This document shows, one piece after another, positions 1-12,657 of a stretch of 64,000 nucleotides of DNA (positions are counted from its first letter, which is position 1; every line of letters begins with the position of its first letter). Under the pieces are notes generated by a model, which did no database searches, was not told the DNA's origin, and saw nothing but the letters and a program-made list of their open reading frames with translations. Source of the DNA: Saccostrea cucullata (lineage: Eukaryota). Where the stretch lies: contig NW_026939314.1 in NCBI RefSeq assembly GCF_032062105.1, positions 1-64,000 on the forward strand. The letters run 5' to 3'. Both the position numbers and the translations under genes were made by a program.

Positions 1-400
1 ATCCGGGGCAATGTTGGGGCCGAAATGGCCGACCCAAGTTTTACATAGGAATATTTAGGAAAAATCTTTAAAAATCTTCTTCTCCAGAACCACTGGACCA
101 GGAAATTGAAACTCATGTGGAATCATCCTCATGTAGTGTAGATTCAAGTTTGTTCAAATCATGACCCCTGGGGCTAGGGTGGGGCCAAAATGGCCGACCC
201 AAGTTTTACATAGGAATATATAGGAAAAATCTTTGAAAATTTTCATCTCCATAACCACTAGGACAGGAAAGATGAAACTCATGTGGAATCATCCTCAGGT
301 AGTGCAGATTCAAGTTTGTTCAAATCATGACCCCTGGGGCAAGGGTGGGGCCAAAATGGCCGAGCCAAGTTTTACATAGGAATATATAGGAAAAATCTTC

Positions 401-431
<31 letters not shown>

Positions 432-660
432 GGAAAGATAAAACTCATGTGGAATCATCCTCAGGTAGTGCAAATTCAAGTTTGTTCAAATCATGACCCC
501 CGGGGCTAGGGTGGGGCCAAAATGGCCGACCCAAGTTTTACATAGAGATATATAGGGAAACCTTTTAAAATCTTCTTTACAAGTACTTCAGAGCTATGAT
601 TAGTGATATTTATATGGAATCATCCTCAGGTAGTGTAGATTCTAGTTTGTTCAAATGATG
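1..660 (+). repeat. ~166-bp tandem satellite array (Cg170-like), probably the central array of a Helentron/HINE
   Basis: The anchor TGGCCGA(C/G)CCAAGTTTTACATAG recurs at 26, 191, 357 and 523 (period 165-166 bp). Unit length and motifs (AAAATCTTCTTCTCCAGAACCAC, GATTCAAGTTTGTTCAAATCATG) resemble the oyster 166-bp satellite. Confidence 0.85.
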
Positions 661-2794
661 AACACCTGGGGGGGGTGTGTGAGAGTAAATTCAAGCCTGA
701 TGTGCTTCAATTGTTTCTAGAACACTAAAAATTCTTCCGTGATTACTTATTGAACCGTCGGGATCGGTACTCAAAAAAAGGGCAAATAACTCTAATCATA
801 ACATGGGAAAATGAACAACTGGTTCGCGACGATAAATATTCGCGAGCAGAGGTTACTCGAGGAACTTGCGGATATTTATCGCACGCGTATAATACTTGGT
901 TTACAGTATCTCCTCTCAACGGCAGACGTTAGAATTATCCAAAAGTCAAGTTAGTTCTTTAAGGCTGAAGATTTTCTTAGCATAGAAAAAAAAGAAACAT
1001 TACAAAGAAAGGTTAATTCTCTAACTGAGGGGTGGACAAAAGAAAACAGGAATTATCAAAGAAAGATTCAGGAAATTGTTAGAAAAAAAGTCTTATCGAA
1101 ACATTGCTGAAGTTTACAAGAAACAAAAAAATACTTTAAATTCATCTTTTTAAGGACAATTCAGAAACTGGAGAGTTAATCAGTAGGATTTAACAAAGCG
1201 TGGGTGGATAACAGGAAGGGGTTCCAGGTAGTACATCCTTAAATATCCTAAAAAAAGTGTTGCGTTTGTTGATATAGAGTTATATATTGTAGATATTACA
1301 ATTGGTTGATTACAACTTGATGTTCACTTTGAAGCAGTAAAAAAAATAAAGACTTGGTGCTTTTATTTTCTTTAAAAAAAATCTACTAAAATCCCAGATC
1401 TGGGAGAACTGGCTTTATGAAAATGCACTGATCTTGAATTTTAGGGCAAACTGGAATATATAAGTACTTTCAGCGTTGAATAAAATATGAGAGCACCCTC
1501 TGATCTATAAAAATTTAAAAGATGTATCGTAATCCTTAGAAACAAATCTATGATTTACTAGTTGCATATTTTGGATAACAGATTGTGCTCTATATTAACT
1601 ATTGAGAAATAGCTATTAAAATCGGCGGTTATTGTAGACTTATTTAGAATATGAGGACAATTTAGGTAATACGTGACATCATAATACATTGACTAGCCAG
1701 AAAATTATGCCATTTTATAGATACACAATCACCGAAGATTTTAAGGATATTTAACACATTATAAACTGAAACTAAATAGTTTGATTTTCAGAAATCCACA
1801 ATGCAAAACAAGGACATTAGTGAACTTTTTAAAAATACATTTACACTAAAAAGACCTTTCATAGGCAATACCACCGTCCATCAGGTGAAAAAAGGGGAAC
1901 ACCTATTCCCTTTATGTCTCTATTACTTTAGGGAATGATATGACTTTGTATGAACTTTATCAACAGTTCTCTGATGCTGATGAAAGGGACATTTACAAAC
2001 TCTTAATTGAAGGTCCATTTTCCAATACGAGAGAGAAAGTATTCAATAGAAATGAATAAGTATAAATCATATGTACATTTTATTATGCCTTACGAAAAAT
2101 GGCACTGTATGGCACAAATTGTTAATCTCATTAATTAAATAGCCATCTATTTAAATAAAGCTAAATAAGCATATGCTTATCTATTATCAATGTCATTTGT
2201 TTGTTGCTGTATGGTCTGTTTTAAATTTTATAGTCATGAAAGACAATATTCTAGAGGAGGCTTTATTCATTTGTTTTCTTTGATCTATCAAATCAATTTA
2301 TTTTGCTGTAAATAAATAATTTTCTAAATACAAATGAGGTAAACAAATCATTTTCAAATTCAACACTTGGTTCAACACAGATTTCTTATCATTGATATCT
2401 GTTTGAGCCCTGCCTTAGAATTTCGTTAAATCGCCTATACTTTTCTCATATTAATGATTACTAATAACTCATCACTTCATTTGTTATTTAGAAAACATTT
2501 TTCTTTCCTTTGTTAAATAATTCAGAAGTGAAAAACAATTAAATAGATTATCCAATCTGTATATACTGGTCTAAGTTGACAAAGCAGGTGAAAACTTTGT
2601 CATTGTCTGTGATTTGTTTAATTGAGTGGATACAATGCTCTTGTCTTCAAATAGAATTTATTATTACCTGGTTAGTGAAATACTGACTGTTGTTCTACAG
2701 AGAAATTGTAAAGATATAATTATCACATTAAATTGTTGATAACTTTTTATCATAAGAAGAAGCAAACGGAGTGTGTGACAGTGTGCAGGGATTG

Positions 2795-3048
2795 TTCACT
2801 CATCCATATCACCTGATCATTAGTTAGATGATCACTCATCCATATCACCTGATCATTAGTTAGATGATCACTCATCCATATCACCTGATCATTAGTTAGA
2901 TGATCACTCATCCATATCACCTTATCATTAGTTAGATGATCACTCATCCATATCACCTGATCATTAGTTAGATGATCACTCATCCATATCACCTGATCAT
3001 TAGTTAGATGATCACTCATCCATATCACCTGATCATTAGTTAGATGAT
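2795..3048. repeat. 36-bp minisatellite, about 7 copies
   Basis: The unit CATCCATATCACCTGATCATTAGTTAGATGATCACT repeats nearly perfectly and explains the 12-aa-periodic ORF 2750-3028. Confidence 0.95.
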
Positions 3049-3299
3049 TGAAAGATCAATGTTTGCTCAGCTACTAAATTGTATTGTTTGAGAAAACTTT
3101 GGGCTTGAACATTGTTCGTTATCTGTATATAATACACAATGATAAATACATGTAGTACATTCAGAAATGTTATACATGGCACAAAATACAATAATTACGC
3201 ATGCATTATTAAATTAAAAATACAGTCCACAGATATACATTTGTACAAAAATTTACGCTGAACGTTGGTCTATGATGGAGACATCTTTACATTTAAAGA

Positions 3300-4660
3300 T
3301 AAATTTTCCCACAATACTGCAGGCGAATATTGAAAAGAATTTTGAGACATTTCAGTTTGGAAATTGAACATGTCAGGCAGGTAATACTAACTTATATACT
3401 TTCAATTGTTCATGTACTGACAAACAATAAATTTCTTTTCTTCAAATAAGTGTTTTGATGGCTTTTTATAGACAGCATCTAAGACACAGCCCGCTGCTCT
3501 TTTCTGTAACTCATGAATCCTTTCGAGGTTAGATATTGACGCATTACCTCAAACTGTGAAACTGTATATAACTGATGGCATTATATAAGCATTATAGAAT
3601 AACTTTCTAAAGATTTTCTTAATACTGCGTAATACAGATATACATCCAGATACAGATTAACAAACAGCATCGATATGTCTATTAAAGTTGAGTGAATTAT
3701 CAATATGAATTCCAACTTATTTTTCATGTGTGACACTCTCAAGAATTCATCTGAAATTTGTAAATTTAGATTTTGGTTTTTCAGATTTGACCGTCTCTGA
3801 TGTGTGCCTAACAACATGCATTTTGTTTAATTAGTGTTCAAAATCATGTGAGTCTGAGAACACCATGTTTCTTATTCTACGTATATTGTCCGAGGATAAC
3901 ATATTTTGAATGGAAGAAATAACTGTCCGAAAAGTGAAGAGTAGCGTCATTCACAAATTAATCAATATATGATTTTTAAATAAATAATGGAGATCATTGT
4001 TGTAAAATAAGAAAAGAAGTAGACCTGAAATTAATCCCTGTGACACTATTGCTGTGGCTAATATTTTTTTCCGATTTTATATTTACAAGCTTAAGTTTAC
4101 CACTCTGAAATCTACACTCTAAAATTAGGGCAACCAATTTTACTGCTTAAGGGTCAAATTTTTAATCAAAATATCATGATTCACAAAATCAAAAGCTTTA
4201 CTGAAGTCAAAGAAATGTTACGCCGACAAGTTCAAAGGTATTCGTTGCTTGAAAGTATTTATCAATTAATTTAGTAAGAGCAGTTTGGCATGAGTGTGAT
4301 TCTTTGAAACCTGATTGTGATTTCCAAAGTAAATAAAGTTCTCATAAAAATTTAGAATGTGATTATCAACTTGTTTTTCAATTAATTTCGACAATTAGGG
4401 GAGGAAAGATATTATCCTATAATTAACAGGATAAAATCTATCTTCTTTTCTTTATTTATGGGTGTTACCTTTGCAAATTTTAATTCATTTGAAAATATTT
4501 CAGTAGAAATACTGACATTGATAGAATAAGTGATTCATTTGTGTATGACTGGTGCAGCGTGTTTTAGCAGGCAAGGACCTATGGTATCTGTACCAGCAGA
4601 TTTTTAAAAATCAAGTTTGTTTAAAAATTGCATCTTTCCAGTTTAAAACCATCTGAAAAT
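3300..4660 (-). mobile_element. Degenerate non-LTR retrotransposon (CR1/L2-like) ORF2 reverse-transcriptase fragment
   Basis: The minus strand encodes QSGFKESHSCQTALTKLIDK (~4260-4325), FFDFSKAFDFVNHDILIK (~4165-4216) and MLLGTHQRRSNL (3817 down), with many stops and frameshifts. Confidence 0.85.
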
Positions 4661-4689
4661 CAAAAGGGGTTTCTTGTTGGATGAAAAAT

Positions 4690-5540
4690 ATGGAGATAAC
4701 GGACAATATTCAATCGAAAAAAGACTATTTTAGCTTAAAATTTTTTGAGCAGAGCAAAACGGACCTTTAAAATAGATGAATTTGGATCATATAGCAGTGA
4801 GCACCCTCTGCGGAACACTCACACTCGATGTGTGCTCCTTGTGATAATCGGACATTAACGAGAAAATCCGAAATTCCATCGACAAAACAGTCTGTAAATA
4901 AGTTTGAAATTAGTACAAAAACTGTCAGTAAGCATTTGACTCATTGATAGATTGTATATGCTGACACAGTCATTTATCGACAATATCAGACAATTATGAC
5001 TTTTATCTTTAAAAAAAGACGTTAATGGTAATCTAACAACCAAGCTCTATGATAAATGTTGTGACTTTATTTCTTCGATCATCAACTTCTCTTACTTATG
5101 CAGAAATATACGTTCATCCCCTGCATACTTATATCTCAAAGTTCTATGCTCGATGACCATGTCAACAAATACAATTTATCACTGAGTCAAATGCTGACTG
5201 ACGTTGTTCATTCTATTTGTTAGTCAATTATTTATACATATTTATACACTTTGACGACGGATTTTTCCGTTATTTCCTGACCACGACAAGGAGCACGGCG
5301 GGTGTAATCGGTCGGCAGGGGATATTCACTCCTCCATGGCCCCCGATCCCTTCTCCAATATTTTTGAGGTCCGTATTTGCTCTGCTCCTATTTTGAATTG
5401 TTAGATGGACTTTTTATCATGTATACTATTCGTTTTATTGTTTACTTTTTAACGTCATTTACGTGGCACTAGTTCCCACCTCTGATGTTTCGGAGGTCTG
5501 TGGACTTTGATATTGAATACTGTTCGGTATCTCCATATCC
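4690..5540. mobile_element. Two Penelope-like element 3' fragments in inverted orientation (minus ~4690-4990, plus ~5010-5540)
   Basis: The plus copy encodes TTKLYDKCCDF and SLSQMLTDV, followed by the family 3' UTR (GGCGGGTGTAATCGGTCGGCAGGGGATATTCACTCCTCCATGG). The reverse complement of the same 3' part lies at 4690-4990. Confidence 0.7.
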
Positions 5541-6349
5541 TTCTTCTTACGAGAATTTTAATTGAAATGGAGAGTGGACCGGCGGAGGGCTACAAATTCC
5601 GAACTGTACTTAGCACTTTTTGTGCAATGACTATTGTGAAACGGGACCTCTGTTTATACTGTTTGTTAAAAAACAACCTATAGTCAATGCATGTTGTTCA
5701 TTTGTATTGTTTGTTTCTTAAAAAATCCAAAAAATAAGCTACCGTTTTTGCATAATTTAATTTTTTTCCCATCAAATGATTTATAATATTCAAAATTCAT
5801 CTTTTCTTTCTTTTCTTTAAATTCAATATCATGTCATTTACTTAAAAATTAAGTATTTCTCCTTCCGTGACACAAATATCAAAAAAATAAATAAATAAAT
5901 AAATAAAAAAAAAATTACACACTCCGAATTCATAAATCTTTTCAATATATTCTTAAGTTTGTGAATTATTTATATTTTTTTACTTAGTTCCAAAAGTATT
6001 CCTTAAATTTGATGGAAACATGGTGCTTGAAGATAAGTATCCCCAAGAGGTGGCTTATGTAAATTTGTAAAACTTACGTTATTCTAATTTAGAAAAAATA
6101 TGATGAACAGAAGAAATTTTAAAAATAAAATTAATATAACATCTCTGTATATGTATTTCTGCTGGTCGACAGTCTGTCCCCGAGGATACTTGTCGTTCGG
6201 TACTCATTTATTGATGATTATACATAACAACGAAACGATACTGGCTGATGTGTCACTCAGTATAAAAAGGCGTCATTCATTTGAATCTATAAGGGAAAAA
6301 AGACTTAAGGAGTTAATTCAGTCCCCCTCGAATATGGTAACTTTTATCT

Positions 6350-6710
6350 CAATCTCACGAGGATATATCGACATAAGACTGGAAATTACATTTGTTTATT
6401 AAAAATACGTCGTTGATATATCTAAACATCGAGTTGAAGTCCAAAGCAAGTGATCCCTTTTCATCCATAAGACGAAAATATTCTGCTTCATATGAATACA
6501 AAAATAGGTCTGCTAATAATGGGGTGAAGTTGGTATCCATGGGAAATTCAATGGCTGTTGGAAGACCTGGTCTCCAAAAGCAACATATATATTGTCAACC
6601 AGAAACTCAAACTTCTTTTTTTCTATGTCGAACTCAGAGCAAGTGTGTGTACCATTAGAATGGTTTCATTTTTATTGAAAAAATTAGCTGTCAATGATAT
6701 CAAAAAGCCT
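6350..6710 (-). mobile_element. Penelope-like reverse transcriptase fragment
   Basis: ORF 6355-6540 reads MDTNFTPLLADLFLYSYEAEY...FNSMFRYINDV, matching the PLE motifs GxPMGTNCAPLLADLFL and FRYIDD. Confidence 0.8.
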
Positions 6711-7109
6711 GAACAAACAATGCTTTTTTCTCCAACTTTTTGAATATTTTAATATAATTTTCCGATGTTTTGGACGTCCGTGTTTGCTCTGTTCCTATTT
6801 TGTATTGTTTAATGGACTTTGAGCTTAAATACTGCTCGTTATCTCTACATGTTTCATATTGAAATTTATAATTGTAACATCCATACAGAATGGATAGTTA
6901 CTCTTATCTTATCTATCCCGAATACCAGATTACCTATTCCAAATAAAACATTATTTAGACCTATTTTCCTTAATATTTATAAACATAAGTTATTTATATA
7001 TGTACATGTAGGACTCAAAAGTCAAAGTTCCGATGGTCACGCCAAAGACTTGTGCTCTGCGCCAAACTCCTAATATTTGATGGATTTATGTGGTTTTTTG
7101 AGACCAGGT

Positions 7110-7875
7110 ATTCAAACAATTTATTGGAAATCTCATGGGTACAAATTGCGCTCCGTTATAAGCAGACTAATTTTTATATTCAAATGAAGCAGAATTCATG
7201 CAAAATCTTATGCGTGAAAAGAAGAAAACACTTGCTGTGGCCTACAACTCAACATTTAGATATATCGACGACGCATTGTAGTTAACAATGGTACTTTCCA
7301 TTCCTACGTCGATACGATATATCCTGGTGAGCTTGAGACAAAAGATACTACATAGTCTGACACTTCTGTTTCATACTTAGATATTTAACTTCAAAAAGAC
7401 GCTAATGATAATCTTACAACCAAGCTATATGATAAACGTGATGACTTTAACTTTTTTATCGTCAATTTCCCTTACTTATGCAGCAATACATCTGTATGCC
7501 TTCATCACCTGCATACGGAGTATATATATCTCAGTTGATTCGATACGCAAGAGCATACTCTTAGCAGTCTCGTTTAAAGCCATCATTTTGTAAGTTCTAT
7601 GGTCGATACAATGACCCTGTCAGCAAATTCATTTATCATTGAGTCAAATACTGACTGACGTTTTTCATACAAATTGTTAGTCAATTATTGATACACTGAA
7701 TCGACGACGGATTTTTCCGTTATTTCCTGATCATTACAACGAGCACATGGAGGGTTTGACCGGTCGGCAGGGGATGCTCACTCCTCCATGGCATCTGATT
7801 CCACGTCTGATGTTTCGGGGGTCCGTGTTTGCTCTGATCTTATTTTATATTGTTTTATTGACTTTGAGATGGACC
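7110..7875 (+). mobile_element. Penelope-like (Naiad-type?) RT 3' half plus 3' UTR, degenerate
   Basis: Encodes MGTNCAPL, NSTFRYIDD, SYLDI, TTKLYDKRDDFNF, PAYGVYISQLIRYARA and SLSQILTDVFHTNC*, then the conserved 3' UTR. No C-terminal GIY-YIG domain follows. Confidence 0.85.
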
Positions 7876-8220
7876 CCAGTCGCCCCCCTTAAAGACAAAT
7901 GATGTAAAAAAAAAATGGATGTCTGGATTGGTATGTATTTTTAGCCTAATTTCATTGAAAATGATACAAATAATAAATTTCTAGAATATAAGGAAAATGT
8001 TAACCTGTGACGCTCAAATTCTACCCTTCTGAAACCATCCTTATTATTCTATACAAATATTTTTCAATTCAAATACTATTTTTTGTTCAACTTTGAATAG
8101 AAATTTAAAAACTACATATTGTATTCATTAAAAGATGACTCTAGTTGTTATTTTAGTAGTTTTTGATAAAAGTTAGATCGTGTCATCTGTCCTTAAAGTC
8201 GAAATGTTAAGATAAGATTC

Positions 8221-8370
8221 AAGATGTGCTCGGTGCTGTCTACGAGCTTCTATGATGTGCTCGGTTCTGTCTACATTCTTCCAAGATGTGTTCTGTGCTG
8301 TCTACGAGCTTCTATGATGTACTCGGTTTTGTCTACATTCTTCCGAGATGTGCTAGGTCCTGTATACGTC
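8221..8370. repeat. ~31-bp diverged minisatellite (62-bp dimer)
   Basis: About five units of (A/T)GATGTGCTCGGT(G/T)CTGTCTAC(GAGC/ATTC)TT; a lone copy occurs at ~8628. Confidence 0.8.
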
Positions 8371-9206
8371 CTAAGTTCTGCTTTTTACTGCTTTTGTACA
8401 TAACAAATCAAAATTAATTCATGAATTAAAAAAAAAAAACATTTAAAAAGCTACAACTTTAGGGACTTTTATGCTTTATTTTAATTACATTACGTTCCAT
8501 GAATCCATGTACATTTGTATATATTATATGTTAATATATTTTTATACAGACTTTCTACAACGCCATTGAATATGTTGAAGTAAAATAGGCGTTTGATTAA
8601 ATAAACCAGATTCAGTTTCAGTTTATAAGATGCTCGGTGCTGTCAACGTTCCTCTTAGATGTTTTCGTTGTAGTCCTTTGAAGTTGATTGAAAAGTTAAT
8701 AAAGCAATGATGATGAATTGTGTTATATGAACATTTGGAGGCTAATGTATAAAGTTTGAACTAATCAGTATTTTTTTTTTATAATTTGTGAGAATCATAA
8801 TAACGTCATCAGATAATTGTTTCTTTGAGATTTTCTTTCGAAAGAGCTGATTTTTTTTTTATTTCATTCAAGAAAATATATACCAGTATTATAAATCCTC
8901 ATTTCAAAGATAACAAATGAAAAAAAAATCACAACATAGCAGGCATTAGCTTAGTAAAATAAAAAGCACACGTTTATTGTATATTTTAACATACAATTTC
9001 AGAATATACACTGATGAAAATTCATATTAAATTCAATAAAATCGATACTTAAACAATAGTGAAATATGGAATACGTAACAGTTAACCAATCACTTTTGAG
9101 ACATTGATTATGGTACGATATATATATATCTGGCTGTTGAAAGACCATTTAGCAGAATTTCACAGATTCGCGAGAACGCGGCAGATTTTTACGCAACAAA
9201 AAAAAA

Positions 9207-12059
9207 ATGCGCATTCAGTGGGTTATCACTTTAATTGTAGGCTTCTTAGCTTTATCTAAAGCTACCATTATTTCTCAGAAATATGCTGCGAAACTTGACT
9301 TTAATGATAAGAAGTCAAACAATGACCTTTTAGGCGAACATGATGCTAAATCGTTGACTGAGTGCGCCGCGATGTGTCAAAGGGAATGTGTGTTTTTTGG
9401 TTTTAATCCTAAAATGAAGAAATGCCGTACCCACAAGAAAAGTCTAACGTCTGTGCTGTCTGAGGAGGCCGGCTGGAGATACTACTCAGATAACGGTATG
9501 TATATTTGGGGTTTTTTTTATTGTCTTAGCTTCTTTGGTTTTTTTAGGTCCTTCTCGAGGGGACACGATTTTTTTATCAAGTTTCTTGTTTTTTTTTGTT
9601 TTTTTTTTTTTTAGATTTTTCTAGCATGCCCAAAGATTGCAAGGATCTTCAAGAAAATGGACAAACCATCACAGGGGTGTATGATATATACCCCTACAGA
9701 ACATTAACCTTCCAATAAGTGTCTACTGCGACATGACCACGATGGGTGGTGGATGGACGGTAGGTTTTTTATTTTATGATTAAAAGTACTTAATATAACA
9801 CACCTTGTTTCGGTGGTTTTAAGGATTGTAGGATTGTATTGTAGTTTATATCATAAAAAATCGATCCTACGATTGTTCGAAGCAATAAATCTAAATGTAA
9901 TGTATGCTAATTTTTAAAGGCAATTCAGAAACGCGTAGACGGATCCGTAACCTTGGACAGGAACTGGACGGATTATAAGAATGGCTTTGGTTCACCAGAA
10001 CAGGATGTCTGGATTGGTAAGTGTAAATCGGTTTCAAATAAGAACTTTTAGTCCTTCAAAGTTTTAAGATAAAAAAAAAAATCTAAAGTTAAGACCAGGT
10101 AATGTGTGTTCTATGATATTCAGATATCGTGTTTTATTGATATTTCAAATAATAAAAAAAAAATAGAAAAGAGGAATATCATTTAGCGGCATATTCTAAT
10201 GAGACTAATTTAGCAATATTGTCTACAGCTATGGAAAATAATCTGATTTTTCATTACGGTAGATTCATATAGATTTTAAAAGAATTAATTGTATTCGATG
10301 AACTTTTCAGATGATTTCAAATATATCTTAATACAGGAAATGACGTAATCCATAAATTAACAAAAGAAAACCCATCATCCCTGTATGTGTCCATCACTCT
10401 TCAGAATGTTACAACGCTGTATGAAATGTACGACCGATTCTCTGTCTCCGACGAAGCAGGAAAATATCAACTCTTTCTTGCAGGACCTGCCACGGGAACT
10501 TTAGGTAAGTGTATTCATGTTATGTTATTAAAATTGGGTTAAAATAACGTATATTATCATAAGTATTCTTTTCTGTATTGAAAGATTATAAAGTTCTTGA
10601 AAAAAGAAAGATGTGTTTTTTTCTGATATTATGTATACTTTTTTGATTCCACGCTAAATAAACATGTTTAATATTACAGAATTTCATTTGCAGAAACAAT
10701 TCATATACTCAGCAGATATTGAATCTGTTATTGTCAAGTAGATAAAATTTCTAATTATACATCTAATGTACAAGGAAAAATTAATTTTTTTAAACAAACA
10801 AATCCAATAATTACATTTGTTCAACATTGCTTTTCAGATTGGGTTTCCTGATAATTTTTTATAATTCACATTTTAACTGATACGGAAAAAGTTTACAGCG
10901 CATGTTAGTCTGATTTTCAATGATCCACATTTTTTACTACTACTGAATAAGAAGTTTACCGTGCGTCATTAATCTTAAATGTCTAAAGATTAGCAAATTT
11001 TTGATGATAAAAAATATTTGATCGGATAAATATTCAAATAAAAAAAGCTTAAAATGCCTGATTCAAAAGACCTCAACGCGTTTCACATTTACATTTATTT
11101 AATAGGAAATCTACCATCTTAAAAGATTCACAGATACACCATATCTTATCTCCTTATTTATGATTTACTTTATATTGCATGTTATACATGTTTGAAGGCA
11201 CGTTCTCGGACAAATATTAAAATTTCATTTTTTCATATTTTCTAAAATTTCAAATGACCTTTAACCCCCCCCCCCCCCCAGTGTAACCCGTCTGTTATTT
11301 ATTGTTACACTAGAAAGGATGCTATGTGAATTGTGTAGTGTTTTGTTGTCTTGTATTATATTTATCTCTCCGTACAGGTAACAACACGTTAAACAATGTA
11401 TTTCAGACGTACTTCAGTATTAAGATTAATGTGATGTAAATTAATAATTATTATCTCTGTTATATATTTTCTCTAATTCTGCAGGTGCCAGTATGATAGA
11501 CACCAGGGATTCTACAGCTTAACTAAATAAATATTATCGCTCTACCCAGCACCTAAAGCCGTCTATCTTAGAAGTACCTCATTATTATTGACAATTAGAT
11601 TAAAAATATATAAATCAATTAACTTTGTGATTCCTTTTGTTTGATTTTACAGGGGACAGCATGTTTTATTTTACCATGATCTGTCTGGGATGTTCTTCTC
11701 CACCCAGACAGAGGTAACGACGAGTATAGTGGATATAACTCTGCTGATCTATTTTAAACAAGTGTCCATGTATTTTTTTCTTTTTTAATTTTACAGGAGA
11801 CAGTATGTTGGACACCGGTTCTTCTTGGGGAGATCTGTCTGGGATGTACTTCAGCACACCAGACAGAGATAACGACGGACAAAGTGGTTTTAACTGTGCT
11901 GATAACGGTGACATTAGAGGGGGCTGGTGGTTTAACGGATGTCACAAAGCCTTCCTTAACGGACAATGGTCCCCGGAGTCCTGGTCTTGTCCATGGTGTC
12001 CCACAGTAAGGAGTGGGACCTCAGTGAGGGGGACCATCATGATGATTAGACGCCACTAG
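9207..12059 (+). CDS. Secreted fibrinogen-related domain (FReD/ficolin-like) protein with an N-terminal PAN/apple-like module; exons 9207-9495, 9615-9759, 9920-10016, 10337-10504, 11797-12059; 1-nt frameshift near 9705-9712
   Basis: Signal peptide MRIQWVITLIVGFLALSKA; SLTECAAMC...C..FGFN...KC; FReD motifs PKDC, VYCDMTTMGGGWT|AIQKRVDGSV, WTDYKNGFG, VWIG|ND, FSTPDRDND and GGWWFNGCHKAFLNG. All introns are GT-AG with consistent phases. AATAAA at 12122. Confidence 0.9.
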
Positions 12060-12405
12060 GTAAACATCATTACATCTTAATATCCATTTTTTTCTTTTTG
12101 AATCACTCTGAAATTTTCAGTAATAAAAGTTGTTTTTTTTATAAAAAAAAATATGCTATCATACATTTTTCTGTGAAGTATTATTTTTTTTTAACAGACG
12201 AAAGATTATCCATGGATTATGGAAACCCTCAAGAGTCGATTTCAAATTAATTTTTATCGCTGAAAAAAATCACAAACAAACAGACAACTGGACCGAGCGT
12301 CCTAGGAAAATATATTGGCCCCTTATTTTTTGGATAGAAATTTTAAAAACAACACTTTGTTCTAAAATGTTTGTATGTATGGTTAGAGGAGATCCCAATA
12401 AACAT

Positions 12406-12550
12406 GAGGATAAACCAAGATCTCTTCCGAGGAGACGAATATACAATCCGAGGATAAATTAAGATCTCTTCCGGGAAGAGGAATGTACGATCCGATGATA
12501 AATCTAGATGAATTCCGAGGAGACGAATATACGATCCAACGTTAACTTAA
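12406..12550. repeat. 44-bp minisatellite, about 3.3 copies
   Basis: GAGGATAAA...GATCTCTTCCGAGGAGACGAATATAC starts at 12406, 12450 and 12494. Confidence 0.8.
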
Positions 12551-12657
12551 GAACACTCCATTTCCTGATTTAGAACTGTATACACCATACTTAATGAAAT
12601 TATATAACAAAAGATAACAGTTGCAAGTGTTTTTTTTAATTAAAAGAGAATGAATCA

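Noticed and set aside
2750-3028. 92-aa repeat protein ORF (MSDHLTNDQVIW)n
   Set aside because: It is a by-product of a 36-bp minisatellite, with no splice or promoter context.
11666-11966. Minus-strand ORFs overlapping the FReD last exon
   Set aside because: They are antisense shadows of the real plus-strand exon.
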